In this document: positions 52,939-64,000 of the stretch, one piece after another
How positions within the stretch are numbered: position 1 is the first letter of the stretch
Layout of the letters: the number at the start of each line of letters is the position of its first letter
Assembly (NCBI GenBank): GCA_951406725.2
Contig: OX597816.1
Span: forward strand, 62,124,001 to 62,188,000
DNA from: Octopus vulgaris
Lineage: Eukaryota
DNA: 64,000 bases
Direction of reading: 5' to 3'
Position numbers and translations under genes: made by a program
Notes under the pieces: generated by a model
Told to the model about the DNA's origin: nothing
Seen by the model: the letters and a program-made list of their open reading frames with translations, nothing else
The model's database searches: none

Positions 52939-52940
<2 letters not shown>
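52167..52940 (+). mobile_element. fold-back element: ~319-bp arms (52167-52485 / 52500-52818) plus a 3' extension, in (TA)n
   Basis: Near-perfect palindrome with a 14-bp spacer. Confidence 0.9.
52699..52789 (+). ncRNA. type I HHR with an extended stem II (mirror copy on the minus strand at 52196-52286)
   Basis: TTTTAG-CTGATGA-GTACGGGACA...TGTCCTTGTAT-GAAA-CGATTG-TA-CTAAAA. Confidence 0.8.
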
Positions 52941-52986
<46 letters not shown>

Positions 52987-54199
52987 GAGAGAGAGAGAGA
53001 GAGAGAAGGAGAAGGGGAAGGAAACAGACAATTGCGTGCGCACACACAAAAGAAAAGAACACTCAAAGATATTCTGGTGTTTAAATATTTGTGTGTAAGC
53101 AGATTGTCTCAGATATGCATCATTAAGTTTTCATAGTTATAACTGAATCATAAACCAGAATGTCTGATAGTGCGGAAGATGAAATACTGTATAATGAGGG
53201 AGCCACAGCTTGTATAATAATATTTATTATCTTTGATTACTACAGTTTGTAGTTTTGTCTATTTCGTGTAAGGTAATGGAATTGGTATATTCATCTATGA
53301 CCGGGGAAAGGGAGAGAAATCTTTGATGCAATTTGTAGAATTAATTTCCGCTGCTTTACTGAAGTATTTCAAGGAAGTACGATTTTAATCAAAATTATTG
53401 CGGATTTTATTAATAACCTGCATCTTAAGATTAACTATCAAAAATTTTCGTTGATGACAGTCTGTATGACAGTTTAGTAGGAGATAGTAAAGTGATGCAC
53501 TCTGTGTCTTTTCTCATAGCGACAAAGTCGACAGATGCGCACAAAACAGCATCTGAGGAGTGAGCTAGTGGGGATTATACGGTGTAAGTAATTTTCTTGG
53601 ACATGTTTCTTTGTATCGAACGAAACATAAAGGTGGATTTTACTTGTTCCTGGGTCTGTAGAAGTGTATATGTTCAGTTAAGAGTACTCTAGGAATCGTT
53701 GGCTGTAATATCTGTACCATTCCCTAGGTTCCATAAAACAGGACGAGTGTCATATAACAGACGAGTGAATGTCTTTAATTGTAGAACTGCTAAATGAATG
53801 ATAGGCTGACTCTAAAAGGACAAAAAGAAGCGAAATGAAAAAAAAAAAATCACCTACAAGTCCAATTCGCTGACGTATATAAAAGTTTCCTAGAGTTTCG
53901 TCCGAGAATACAGACAGAACGGTGAAAGCAACTTCAGACCTTCGCAGAGTTATATAAATCAAATCTCCACTTATTCACTTTCAGGTGTGTGGACTGAAGC
54001 ATCGTGAAACCAAATGGCTTATTCAAGGACTCCACGCGTCACTTGGTCTAGGAATCCAATCACCTACAACTTGATAGTAAACTCTCCATTACTCAAATAT
54101 TTATGTGCTTACACAAAAGGCATTGCCGATAAACTCTATCGCTTTTACGTTAAGAAACTTTGACTCAGACATTGAATAATGTATTATTGTATTCTATTA

Positions 54200-54930
54200 T
54201 TTCTTTCAGTCATCTGACTGCGGCCATGCTGGAGCACAGCCTTAAGGTGTTTTCGTTGAACGAATCGACACTAGGACTTATTTTTGAAGCTTAGTACTTG
54301 TTCAATCTTTTTATTTTTTTGTCGAACAGTTAAGTTGCGGGGGACGTAAACACACCAACTGTCAAGCGGTGATCGGGACGGGGACAAACTCAGACACAAA
54401 GACACACAGAGATACACACACATACATAAATATATATTTAGGTATATAATTATAATTAAGGGCGCAGGAATGCCAAAGTCTATACTCTGGAAATAGATGT
54501 CAAATGTCAACAAGCCACTCAAACTTTGTTCTCTATTTTATTAATAGCACAAGGCCAAATAGAGAACAAATTTAGAATTGTTTGTTGACATTTGGCATTT
54601 ATTTTTCGCGTATAGGCGTTACCACTCCATCGCCCTTAATTATAATTATATTTTATAATTATATACTTTAAAATAAATTTTACCGATATGGCGGCTTTTT
54701 GAACGCTAACCACTGATATAATCATTTTAATGATTATATCCTCTATTTATAAGTGTGTATGTATGTGTGTAGGGGGTGGTGGTGCACGACAAGTTTCTTT
54801 CAGTTTTCGCTTACTAGATCCATTCACAAGTCTTTGGTCGACGTGAGGCTATAGAAGAAGACACTTGCACAAGGTGCTGCATAGTACGACTGAATCTGGA
54901 AGGATGTAGTTTGGAAGCGAGCTTATTTCC
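54200..54930 (-). mobile_element. SINE B split by an insertion containing a palindromic element
   Basis: 3' half at 54200-54430 and 5' half at 54790-54930. Confidence 0.7.
54444..54651. mobile_element. ~207-bp palindromic MITE-like element
   Basis: atataattataattaagggcg / cgcccttaattataattatat, with inner arms tgtcaaatgtcaacaa / ttgttgacatttggca and tttgttctctattt / aaatagagaacaaa. Confidence 0.75.
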
Positions 54931-55100
54931 ACATTTTATAATATTAAAATAATGGATATAAGAGGCATGTAAGTACGATTAAGAAGCTCACTGTTCAAAT
55001 ACGTGGTTTCCGGTTCAGAACCACAGTGTGGCGTTTCTACGATAACGCCAGGTCAGTCACAAGTTTGTGAATGTATTTGGTGGATAGAAACTATATGTAT

Positions 55101-55480
55101 CAGGGCGGCGAGCTGGCAGAAATGATAGCACGCCGGGTGGAATGCTTAGCAGTATTTGTCTGCCGATACATATGAGTTCAAATTCTGCCGAGGTCGACTC
55201 TGCCTTTCATCCTTTCGGATTACGCACTGGGGTCGATATAATCGACTTAATCCATTTGTCTGTCCTTGTTTGTCCCCTTTGTGTTTATTCCCTTCTGGGT
55301 AGTAAAGAAATAGGTATTTCGTATGCCTTTCTGTTCTGAGTTCAAATTTGCCTTTCATCCTTTCGGGGTTGATTAAATAAGTAACAATTATGCACTGGGG
55401 TCGATATAATCGACTTAATCCGTTTGTCTGTCCTTGTTGGTCCTCTCTGTGTTTAGCCCCTTGTGGGTAGTAAAGAAATA
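55101..55480 (+). mobile_element. dimeric SINE A nested in an older SINE B (54960-55690)
   Basis: TSD agaaactatatgtat (55086-55100) / agaaactgtatgtat (55481-55495). Confidence 0.85.
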
Positions 55481-56104
55481 AGAAACTGTATGTATTTGTG
55501 TTTTTTCCCCCACCATTGGATGATAACCGTCGTTTGTTGGTGTACTTATCAGTAAGTTAGCGATTTGGCAAATAAGTTCGACAGAATAAGCATTAGAGTT
55601 AAAAATAAGTATTGGGGATCAATTTCTTCGACTGAACCCTCCATTGCGGTGTCCCAGCTTGGTTGCAATCTAGTGATTGAAAAAAAAAATAAAAGAATCC
55701 TTTAAAAAAATGAACAATAAAAAATAAAATATTTAACCCTGAACTGAAGCATCATTCATACTTGAAGCTAAATTTAAGGTCTATTTTTACGCTGATATAT
55801 AAACTGAGACTTCAAATCTTTACCGTGGACTGGCTTTCACTGATACAAAATTCTATAGTTTTACATTGCGTTGATGTTCACTTGTTGGTGAGGCATAATA
55901 AATGCAATATTGGCATAGTTTATAAAGAATTTTGAAGAAAAGAAAAAGATAAATAGATAATAATAAAACTTTATCGAATGATTTATTTGATGGAATGAAT
56001 AAGGACAATTTTACACAAACAAAAGTTTAATTGAAATATCCATCTTCAGAGAAAAAATAATCTTCCTCTTCCTCCTTTTGGATCTCACACGACCACCTCA
56101 TACC

Positions 56105-56350
56105 TATTTCTTGTTTCTTTACTGCCTACAAGGGGCTACACACAGAGGGGACAAACAGGGACAGACAAACGGATTAAGTCGCTTATATCAACCGTAGTGC
56201 GTAACTGGTACTTATTTAATCGACCCCGAAAGGATGAAAGGCAAAGTCAACCTCGGCGGAATTTGAACTCAGAACGTAACGACAGACGAGATACCGCTAA
56301 GCGTTTCGCCCGGCGTGCTAGCAGTTCTGCCAGTTCGCCGTGTTAGCCGC
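56105..56350 (-). mobile_element. SINE family A, full length
   Basis: Matches 21620-21853. Imperfect TSD atctcacac(ga)cacctcat on both sides. Confidence 0.88.
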
Positions 56351-56714
56351 CTATCTCACACCACCTCATTCCAAATTTCTTAATTCTTTTTTCGTCATTC
56401 ACTATCTCACCAGCGAATTACCTCCCTTTCAACCCCAACAACACGTCCCAGTCTTGGCACGTAAAATACAGAAACATGTTTATCCTTCATAGTTTTTTTT
56501 ACACAGGATTTTCCCACCTTCATCATTTCATGCTCACGATTACAACCTGAACCTTATCTATGCTTGCTTCTCAATTTTATTGTATTAAACACAAGTATAT
56601 TTCTTTCGCCACATCATCTTTCTTTCTATTCTATTTTTATTTATCTTCATTTCTTTTCCTTATCTCCTCTTTTTCTTCTTTTTTTTCTTTTCCATCGCTT
56701 CCGAGTCTCCATTC

Positions 56715-56720
56715 ACGGTT

Positions 56721-56768
<48 letters not shown>

Positions 56769-56835
56769 TTCTTCTTCTTCTTCTTCTTCTTCTTCTTCTT
56801 CTTCTTCTTCTTCTTCTTCTTCTTCTTCTTCTTTC
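56715..56835. repeat. (CAT)n(CTT)n tract
   Basis: Visible directly. Confidence 0.95.
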
Positions 56836-56904
56836 ATCTTCCACAGAATACGATGCTGGCCAGCCAACAAAATCCGTGCCGTTCCTGTTTTCAACCATAA
56901 TATA

Positions 56905-57115
56905 TAGTAATCCCTCGGATATCACGGGTGTTATGTTCTAAACCCCAACCCCACGAAAGGTGAAAATCTGTGAAGTAGGAACGGTACTGTATATTTTTTA
57001 AAGATATTTTTATAATTTATATATATTTATTTTATTATAAATGCAAAACAACATCACAAAGGAATAGACGTAAGCTTAAATAATAAACCGTAATAGGTGA
57101 AGCGCGATAAACGAA
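56905..57115. mobile_element. pogo/Tigger-like MITE remnant
   Basis: TA-TAGTAATCCCTCGGATATCACGGG resembles Tigger-type TIRs. The right end gcgcgataaacg is partial. Confidence 0.45.
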
Positions 57116-57899
57116 CTGCCCCAGCATGGCCGTAGTCCAATGACTCAAACAAGTAAGAAAAACATACCTATACATTCGTACATACATACACAAATACATG
57201 CATGTATATGTACATACACATATACATACGCATATGAACGAACACGTTAATCCATATATAAATCTAAGCACTTATATTTATACACACCCACTGATACATC
57301 CATACACATATATACATACGTGAACACAAGTAGTTATGAATGAATCTTGTATGAAACGCTGACGTCAGCCATGAAAATATACGACCATAACAATACAGAA
57401 AGCATCCATTTTGCAACAAACATACTTCATGATATAAACACGAACGTACGCGCGCACACTCTTACATACACACGCGCATAACACACGAACTGACGCATGT
57501 ACATACACGCAGACGACTTCCATAATCGAATTGCCAACCGCCTAACTGGCAAACCAACCAACCAACACACTTGCGATTTCTTCTTACATTTGCTGATCTC
57601 TATTTGGCTGATTGCCGTACCAGGCAATAGATGGCACCTTTCCTATATCGCTGGATTGGCCACCTTTTCTAATGACCTCACATGTCTAAAAATATTGTTA
57701 TGAATGAGAGCCGAAAACGAGCTAGCTTGATTTGGCAACAAACAGAAGCATCATCCATTCTTCATTTCGACATCGTCTGCTAGAACCTTGCCAAGAAAGT
57801 ACAGCAGGAATTCTGACTTGTACAGACGTGAAATTTGGAATATGCGATAAATACTTAAACACACCCACCGACCCACCAACTCACCCAAAAATCCCACAT

Positions 57900-57956
<57 letters not shown>

Positions 57957-58575
57957 CACTCTCTCTCTCTCTCACACACACACAAACACACTCATATACA
58001 CATATATTTATACATACGCAAATTGTCGTTCAAATATTTGTCAGTACTTATATACCGAATAAGTCTCATTATTCTCACTTGGAGATATTAGTTTCTGTAC
58101 ATCCATCAATTTTACTTGTATTAAGATCTGTTTACATATGTAAATTTAACTGTTAGCACCAATTAAATACCACAGCACTACATTTATAAATTATAGCCTT
58201 CGAGGAAGATGTTTCACACACACACACACACACATACACACACATACAGACAGAGAAAGAGAGAGAGGTGGGGAAGCGATAATAAATAGATAGAATGAAT
58301 TTTTTAATTTAAAATCACTACAATTGGCTTCGACGCATTTATAGTGATTTTTAAGTAAAGCCAGTCGTTCATCCCGTTTTCTATCGTTTATCTATTTACA
58401 CAAGCTCTACAGATACATTGGAATATCTGATTTATATCCTGTAGCGAGAACGTTTCTGCTGTATGAGGACACCAGGTAGCCAATAACTGTTGATGGGCTT
58501 TGACAGCAAACACGACAAGATTATATATACTTATATATATATATGCTCAAAATAAGCAACAAGAATGACTCCTGT

Positions 58576-58666
58576 AATTTGGTACGATCGTTTCGTACTA
58601 GATCATTTTATTAAATATTGTAAGTATTACAAAAGTTTTAAAATGCTGAGCACTCATCAGCCAATT
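58576..58666 (-). ncRNA. type I HHR with an extended stem II (52-kb superfamily)
   Basis: Minus strand TTGG-CTGATGA-GTGCT...AGTAC-GAAA-CGATCG-TA-CCAA, followed by attcttgttgctt and (TA)n. Confidence 0.75.
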
Positions 58667-59414
58667 ATAGAGGTTTTCCATTAATATAAAAATGTTCATA
58701 TCAAGTGGCAACATTATAGAGAAGGTAGATATATAGACACAGATGTGGATTTAAATTTTAAGAACATTTGAGCTAGTGGACTAACTAAGATTCAGTTGTT
58801 CCAGACTACTGTAAGGTTCTGAGAGTGAAGAACAAATGAAAGGAGACAATAAAGATTTTCCAATTATAGAAATGGGGTAAAGGGGATGTCAGAGTTCAAT
58901 ATAAGGAATTTATGTAGGAAACAACATTGTCACAACTAAATGCCAATTACTACTATTTGATGAACAGATTCAGCGTTAGGAGAACTAGGTCAATGTCAAG
59001 TGGTCATAATAACATTCACAGAGAATGCAGAGATCTTATAAACCCTATGCACATCATCACAACAGTTAGTCTATAAGTTCCAAGTACTTTGACACGTTAG
59101 AATAAATGGAAAAATATAAATCCAAAATTTATTCAATTTGGAGAAAAAGACTATCACTTATTATTAAAAAGACTTTTCCCCCCCAGTTAATAAGTACTAT
59201 GCCTACTCATAATATATAATGTTTGTAGTATAAAGCTGATCCTAACTCAGTTTGAGGACGAACATACACATATAGACACATGCAGACATGTATACATACA
59301 TATAGATATGTACACGACAGGTTTCTTCCACTTACCCTCAATCAAAATCAATGAAATCTCGGTGCTAGGACACTTATATATATATAGGAAAAAAGCAACA
59401 AGAATGGATCAATT

Positions 59415-59503
59415 TTTCGGTACAATTGTTTCGTACGAAGACATCTTTAATAAGGCTACAAAAATTGCAGTAAATATAGGTGACCCGTACTCATCAGCCG
59501 AAA
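59415..59503 (-). ncRNA. type I HHR with an extended stem II (52-kb superfamily)
   Basis: Minus strand TTTCGG-CTGATGA-GTACGGG...TTCGTAC-GAAA-CAATTG-TA-CCGAAA. Confidence 0.8.
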
Positions 59504-59547
59504 GAACATCTGAGATCCCCAAACATCAAAGGGGGTGATATATATAT

Positions 59548-60262
59548 AAAGCGGTGTACGTACACTTTGGTCTCTTGTAAGGATATATTTATCTAAATCT
59601 TGTACGACTGTCTTCTTTCTTTCTATCAGCCCTTTCACGCTTATTCGTTCATTCCACTCTTCGTTCTTTCGTTCCCCCTCTCTCACATTTCCCTGCCTTC
59701 TCCTTTTGCTCACTTTCCCTCTTCTTTTCACTTCACTGTGTCCCTGTCATTTTTTGTCCCTCCTTAATTCTTCTGTCCGTCTGCCTCTACGTCTCCGTCT
59801 TCTCTCCCCACGTGAGCAGTGTTCGGCCAGGCCTGATCTTTCTTTCTTGGTTCGGCCGTCGTTCGTGCAACATCTATATTCCTCCCTGTGCCTGTAAAAT
59901 CTTGTATCCCTGCCGTAAGGCTATATTTCCACACACGCTAGCTTAACACGCCTTTTGTTATGTCCTGCTATTTGTATTTGTGTAATATTCTCCGTTTTTT
60001 ACCGTCCTTGTTTTCGTATACATTAGCTGCTTTCTTCCAAGGAATCTAATGCTCTTAGCTTAGTTTTTCCTTGGGGCTTGCCAGAGTGGAACAATCCCGA
60101 GTATAACCAGCCGAAATTGGAAAGATAATCTCGAACTCGACTGAGGAAAGAAAACTCCGAATGACCCGTTCTTGTTTTCATTGTATCGTCTATCTGGATG
60201 TTTTATTGTCCCTTTTTGTATCACCTACTGTCTGGATGTTTCGCGTTCTTGTCCCATTTTGC

Positions 60263-60265
<3 letters not shown>
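59548..60265 (+). mobile_element. unclassified pyrimidine-rich element between (TA)n tracts
   Basis: Sharp (TA)n boundaries. Composition resembles the PLE 3' UTRs. No clear ORF or canonical HHR. Confidence 0.35.
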
Positions 60266-60300
<35 letters not shown>

Positions 60301-60303
<3 letters not shown>

Positions 60304-61070
60304 CGGAGTAAGCACATACATGTGAAACAAGGTGGAAAAAATGAGTACTCAAATACCAGAGGTAGAGTAATGTGCTTTATTTAAAAGCAGCAGAGATATA
60401 ACAAAGGCTGTTACTCAGAGTTTCACGTTCCCGTTCGTCGGACGGTTTTGTTAAAATTGTACGAAAGTTTTAAAATTTACTTCTCGTCTATATGTATACA
60501 CCAAGTGATTTTTGCATGCGAGCATGATTGCATGCATATGTATACATATGTATACATATGCATATGTGTATTTATGTGTATATTTACGTCTTACATATAA
60601 ATGTCTGTATATGCATGTAGTCTGTGTACATACATCTGTATATTTTGATGTATATATGTATATTGATGGTTTCGTATGCATTTATACGGTTTTAAAATAT
60701 TTATGTAATGCAGCGTGAATAATTTAATTTAAATTTAAATTAAATTGTTGATGTATTAATCGTATTAATTGAATTATATTTTTTATATAATTATTTGCAA
60801 TACGTATTTTGAATCCGCTCTTCGATTTATGGTTTTCCTCAATTTTTATAATAGGGTGAATTTATATTGAATTCATTTATTTTGTTCATTGCATGCTTAA
60901 GACCGTTAATTGAAAAGACCAAAGAAACAAATCCGTTTTTAAAGGTGTATCCTCTAACTAGTTTTGATCATATCATTATTTCTATTCTATTTTAAAAAAG
61001 TGTCCGACGAACGGGAACGTGAAACTCTGAGTAGCAGCCTTTGCTATATTCCTGCTGCTTTTAAATAAAG
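60301..61070. mobile_element. (TA)n-flanked element with inverted HHR-bearing ends (60375-60443 / 61002-61070)
   Basis: GT-CCGACGA-ACG GGAA CGT-GAAAC-TCTGA-GTA appears on both strands. Confidence 0.75.
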
Positions 61071-61076
61071 TATATA

Positions 61077-61172
<96 letters not shown>

Positions 61173-61236
61173 AAGATCTGTCTCTTTCTATATATGCATA
61201 TATATACATATTTACACACATATATGTATATAATAT

Positions 61237-61950
61237 ATTACAGGGTAAAAGTTTTTCAATTTTCTCCTGGTTTACGGTATTAATGTTATTTTGCGGTTAA
61301 AGCTTTTGGCTGTTATTTCTAGTGGGTGAATGGCCTATTATGGCCGTTCCTTGATTGTGATGTTGAACGTAAAAATGGTTTATGACTATTTAATTTTTTC
61401 CTACTAGGCCGCTGGTGGCAACAGAATTCTACAAAACTTTTTTGCCACCCTATATTGATTAATTATGAATTTTCTGGTTAGTTCCGTAACGGAATCGGTG
61501 GTTTATTTGCTGCCGATAAATTTGGCGCGAGTGCGACGATTTGAAAATTTTAGGTCAGATATTGCCGAGGTAGCAAGAGGAATGCCTCGTGAAAAATACC
61601 TATTCCGATTTGGCTATTTCTTACTGATGAGTCTAAGGGCCTATGGTGGATTGGCTTGATTTAATTTAATCAGGTTAGTTTACCATTAAACGGTAGATGA
61701 AACGGTGCATCGTCTAAGAAATTACAGGGTAAAAGTTTTTCAATTTTCTCCTGGTTTACGGTATTAATGTTATTTTGCGGTTAAAGCTTTTGGCTGTTAT
61801 TTCTAGTGGGTGAATGGCCTATTATGGCCGTTCCTTGATTGTGATGTTGAACGTAAGAATGGTTTATGACTATTTAATTTTTTCCTACTAGGCCGCTGGT
61901 GGCAAAAGAATTCTACAAAACTTTTTTGCCACCCTATATTGATTAATTAT
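61237..61950 (+). mobile_element. retrozyme-like partial tandem: 484-bp unit with 230-bp terminal redundancy
   Basis: 61237-61466 is repeated at 61721-61950. TA-rich repeats on both sides. No ORF. Confidence 0.8.
61617..61721 (+). ncRNA. canonical type I hammerhead ribozyme, predicted cleavage after GUC at 61714
   Basis: TTTCTTA-CTGATGA-GTCTA...TAGAT-GAAA-CGGTGCATCG-TC-TAAGAAA. Confidence 0.85.
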
Positions 61951-61991
61951 ATACATATATATATATATATTTATATGTACTTACATATCTC

Positions 61992-62042
<51 letters not shown>

Positions 62043-62862
62043 GTAGAGAGAGAAAGAGAGGGAGAGAGAGAGAAAGAAATAGTAATAGTAATAGGAGCTG
62101 AGTACATGATTTTTCACTGGTATATCTTTTGGTTGATCGACGTAAGACAGACGAAAGAAAAAAGTCGATCTTCGCAGTATATTGAACCCAAAAGATAAAG
62201 TGCCGTCACTTAATTCTCAAAAAGATTTTTTTATTTTTTTATTTTTTTATTTTTTTTGCAATCGACCAGCCTTCAATATCTTTGTATCTCATTAATATCT
62301 ATGACTAGGGTCTGCTTCAAACGCCAAGAAACAACATCAAACTCAATGAAAAATACCGGTTGCACTTTCCATCTCAGTGCTCTGTTAACCGTTATAAATT
62401 CTAGCACATTAAAATTATTGGTTTGTCATAGAAAATACAAAGATTCTTACAAGCAGAGGCAGCTGTACAACCGTAAACTAAATATATGGATCAGAAATCA
62501 AACGAATGATTTTTTTTTTTTTCTTTTTCAATACGAATTTATCGAACGTTCAGCTTTTATTTTTTTTATATTTAGTATTATTATTTTATTATTGTTGATG
62601 TTATTATTATTATTATTGTTAGTATTGTTGCTGTTGTTGTTGTTGTTGTAAAGCCTCTCTTTTGATTTATTGATTTCTGTAGGTCAAATTTCCGCTCTCG
62701 GCCTCATAAAATATTCTATTTGAGAACGACATAGCTATGGTATTGAAATATAAAATTTCATGTATGCATATGTGTTCCTTACACACACACACTTGCGTGT
62801 ATATATATATATATACATACATACACACACACATTCATACCCACACACACACACACACACAT

Positions 62863-62915
<53 letters not shown>

Positions 62916-63744
62916 AATTTGCGTGTTTGTGTGCTTGCGCATGTGTCTGTACGAACGCATATATGCATGAAGTATCTATGTATGTGTGTAAATGAATGTG
63001 TGTGTGTATGTGTGCGTATTTCGAAAGACTTTCGTCATGGCATTCACACATTCGGTGCTTTCGGTTTAATACACAAAATTTTATGGCGTAGTTCCTTGAA
63101 TCTTCGTGACTTTTAAATATATTAGTTCCATCGTCGTCGTCGCTGTTGTCATTATCATCATCGTTATTGCTGTTACTTTTGTTAAGTACCTCCCACCCGT
63201 GTTAGCTCGCAGGGAACAGACGCCAGATGAAAACTGTAACAGCCGTAAGTACCCTGATTTTTACTTAATGTGTTTTATATGTTATATAGTTTCCAAAAGA
63301 AAGTGTGATGTGTGAGACATTTGGTTGCTCTTGCCAGTTAATTGAATGCATATGTACCCAGTTATTCACGGAATCGAAATTAGCTTGATCTATATCTCGG
63401 ACGCCAAGAATGGCGTAATGTTAAACAGTGAGGCAAGATACAACGAGAAATCTATTTCGAGGCTTCATAATATTGCGTCCAGATAAAATCATGTGAAGAC
63501 CAAAGGTAAGAAACACAATAGTAATAGAGTCAGTGTATATATGCTAAACTCATTTGAGGTATTAAGCTCATAATTGTCAGGTCATAGGTTCGATTTTTGG
63601 AGCAGGGAACGCAAGAAATTCCACTTTACAAAATGCTTTATGTAATACAGAAAGCATCGAACATTTGTATATAACTGAAAGTTATTCAAAACAGGCACAT
63701 GCACACACATATATATGGATTATCAATATGATATATTTAATATA

Positions 63745-63823
<79 letters not shown>

Positions 63824-64000
63824 ATGTATTTTTAAAAACTGCAATCTTGCTGTACTCCGCCCAGTAAGGACATCAGAGATAGTCAAAGTGAAATTGTTCC
63901 GGAAGTGAAAGGGAGAAATAAATATCGGCACTACAAATGTCTTTTGCTTGTGCGATCTATATGCTCACCAGCAAAGAACTTTTCACTCCATATGTATATT

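Overview
AT-rich, microsatellite-dense eukaryotic DNA with no recognisable host gene. The SINE repertoire looks like coleoid cephalopod (Octopus-type) DNA; this is inference from recall, not from a search. Nearly all short ORFs are microsatellite or SINE artefacts. Real coding content is transposon-derived: a near-intact Penelope-like element (PLE, probably Neptune type: RT, Cys linker, C-terminal GIY-YIG) at ~32.3-38.0 kb with a tandem pseudo-LTR and one 1-bp frameshift; a second, truncated PLE with a 626-bp inverted pseudo-LTR at 8.6-10.7 kb; R4/Dong-like non-LTR fragments beside (TAA)n; mariner/pogo remnants; and a Helitron-like non-autonomous element. Three tRNA-derived SINE families are abundant. 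The strongest unexplained signal is about 19 type I hammerhead ribozyme (HHR) motifs, read by eye, from roughly ten unrelated sequence families. Most sit in short non-coding elements next to (TA)n, often as fold-back palindromes or partial tandems. Their catalytic cores show C3-G8, U3-A8 and G3-C8 covariation. One 484-bp unit starts a few nt after its own predicted cleavage site, as expected for a retrozyme-like RNA. All coordinates and folds were read manually and need computational confirmation.
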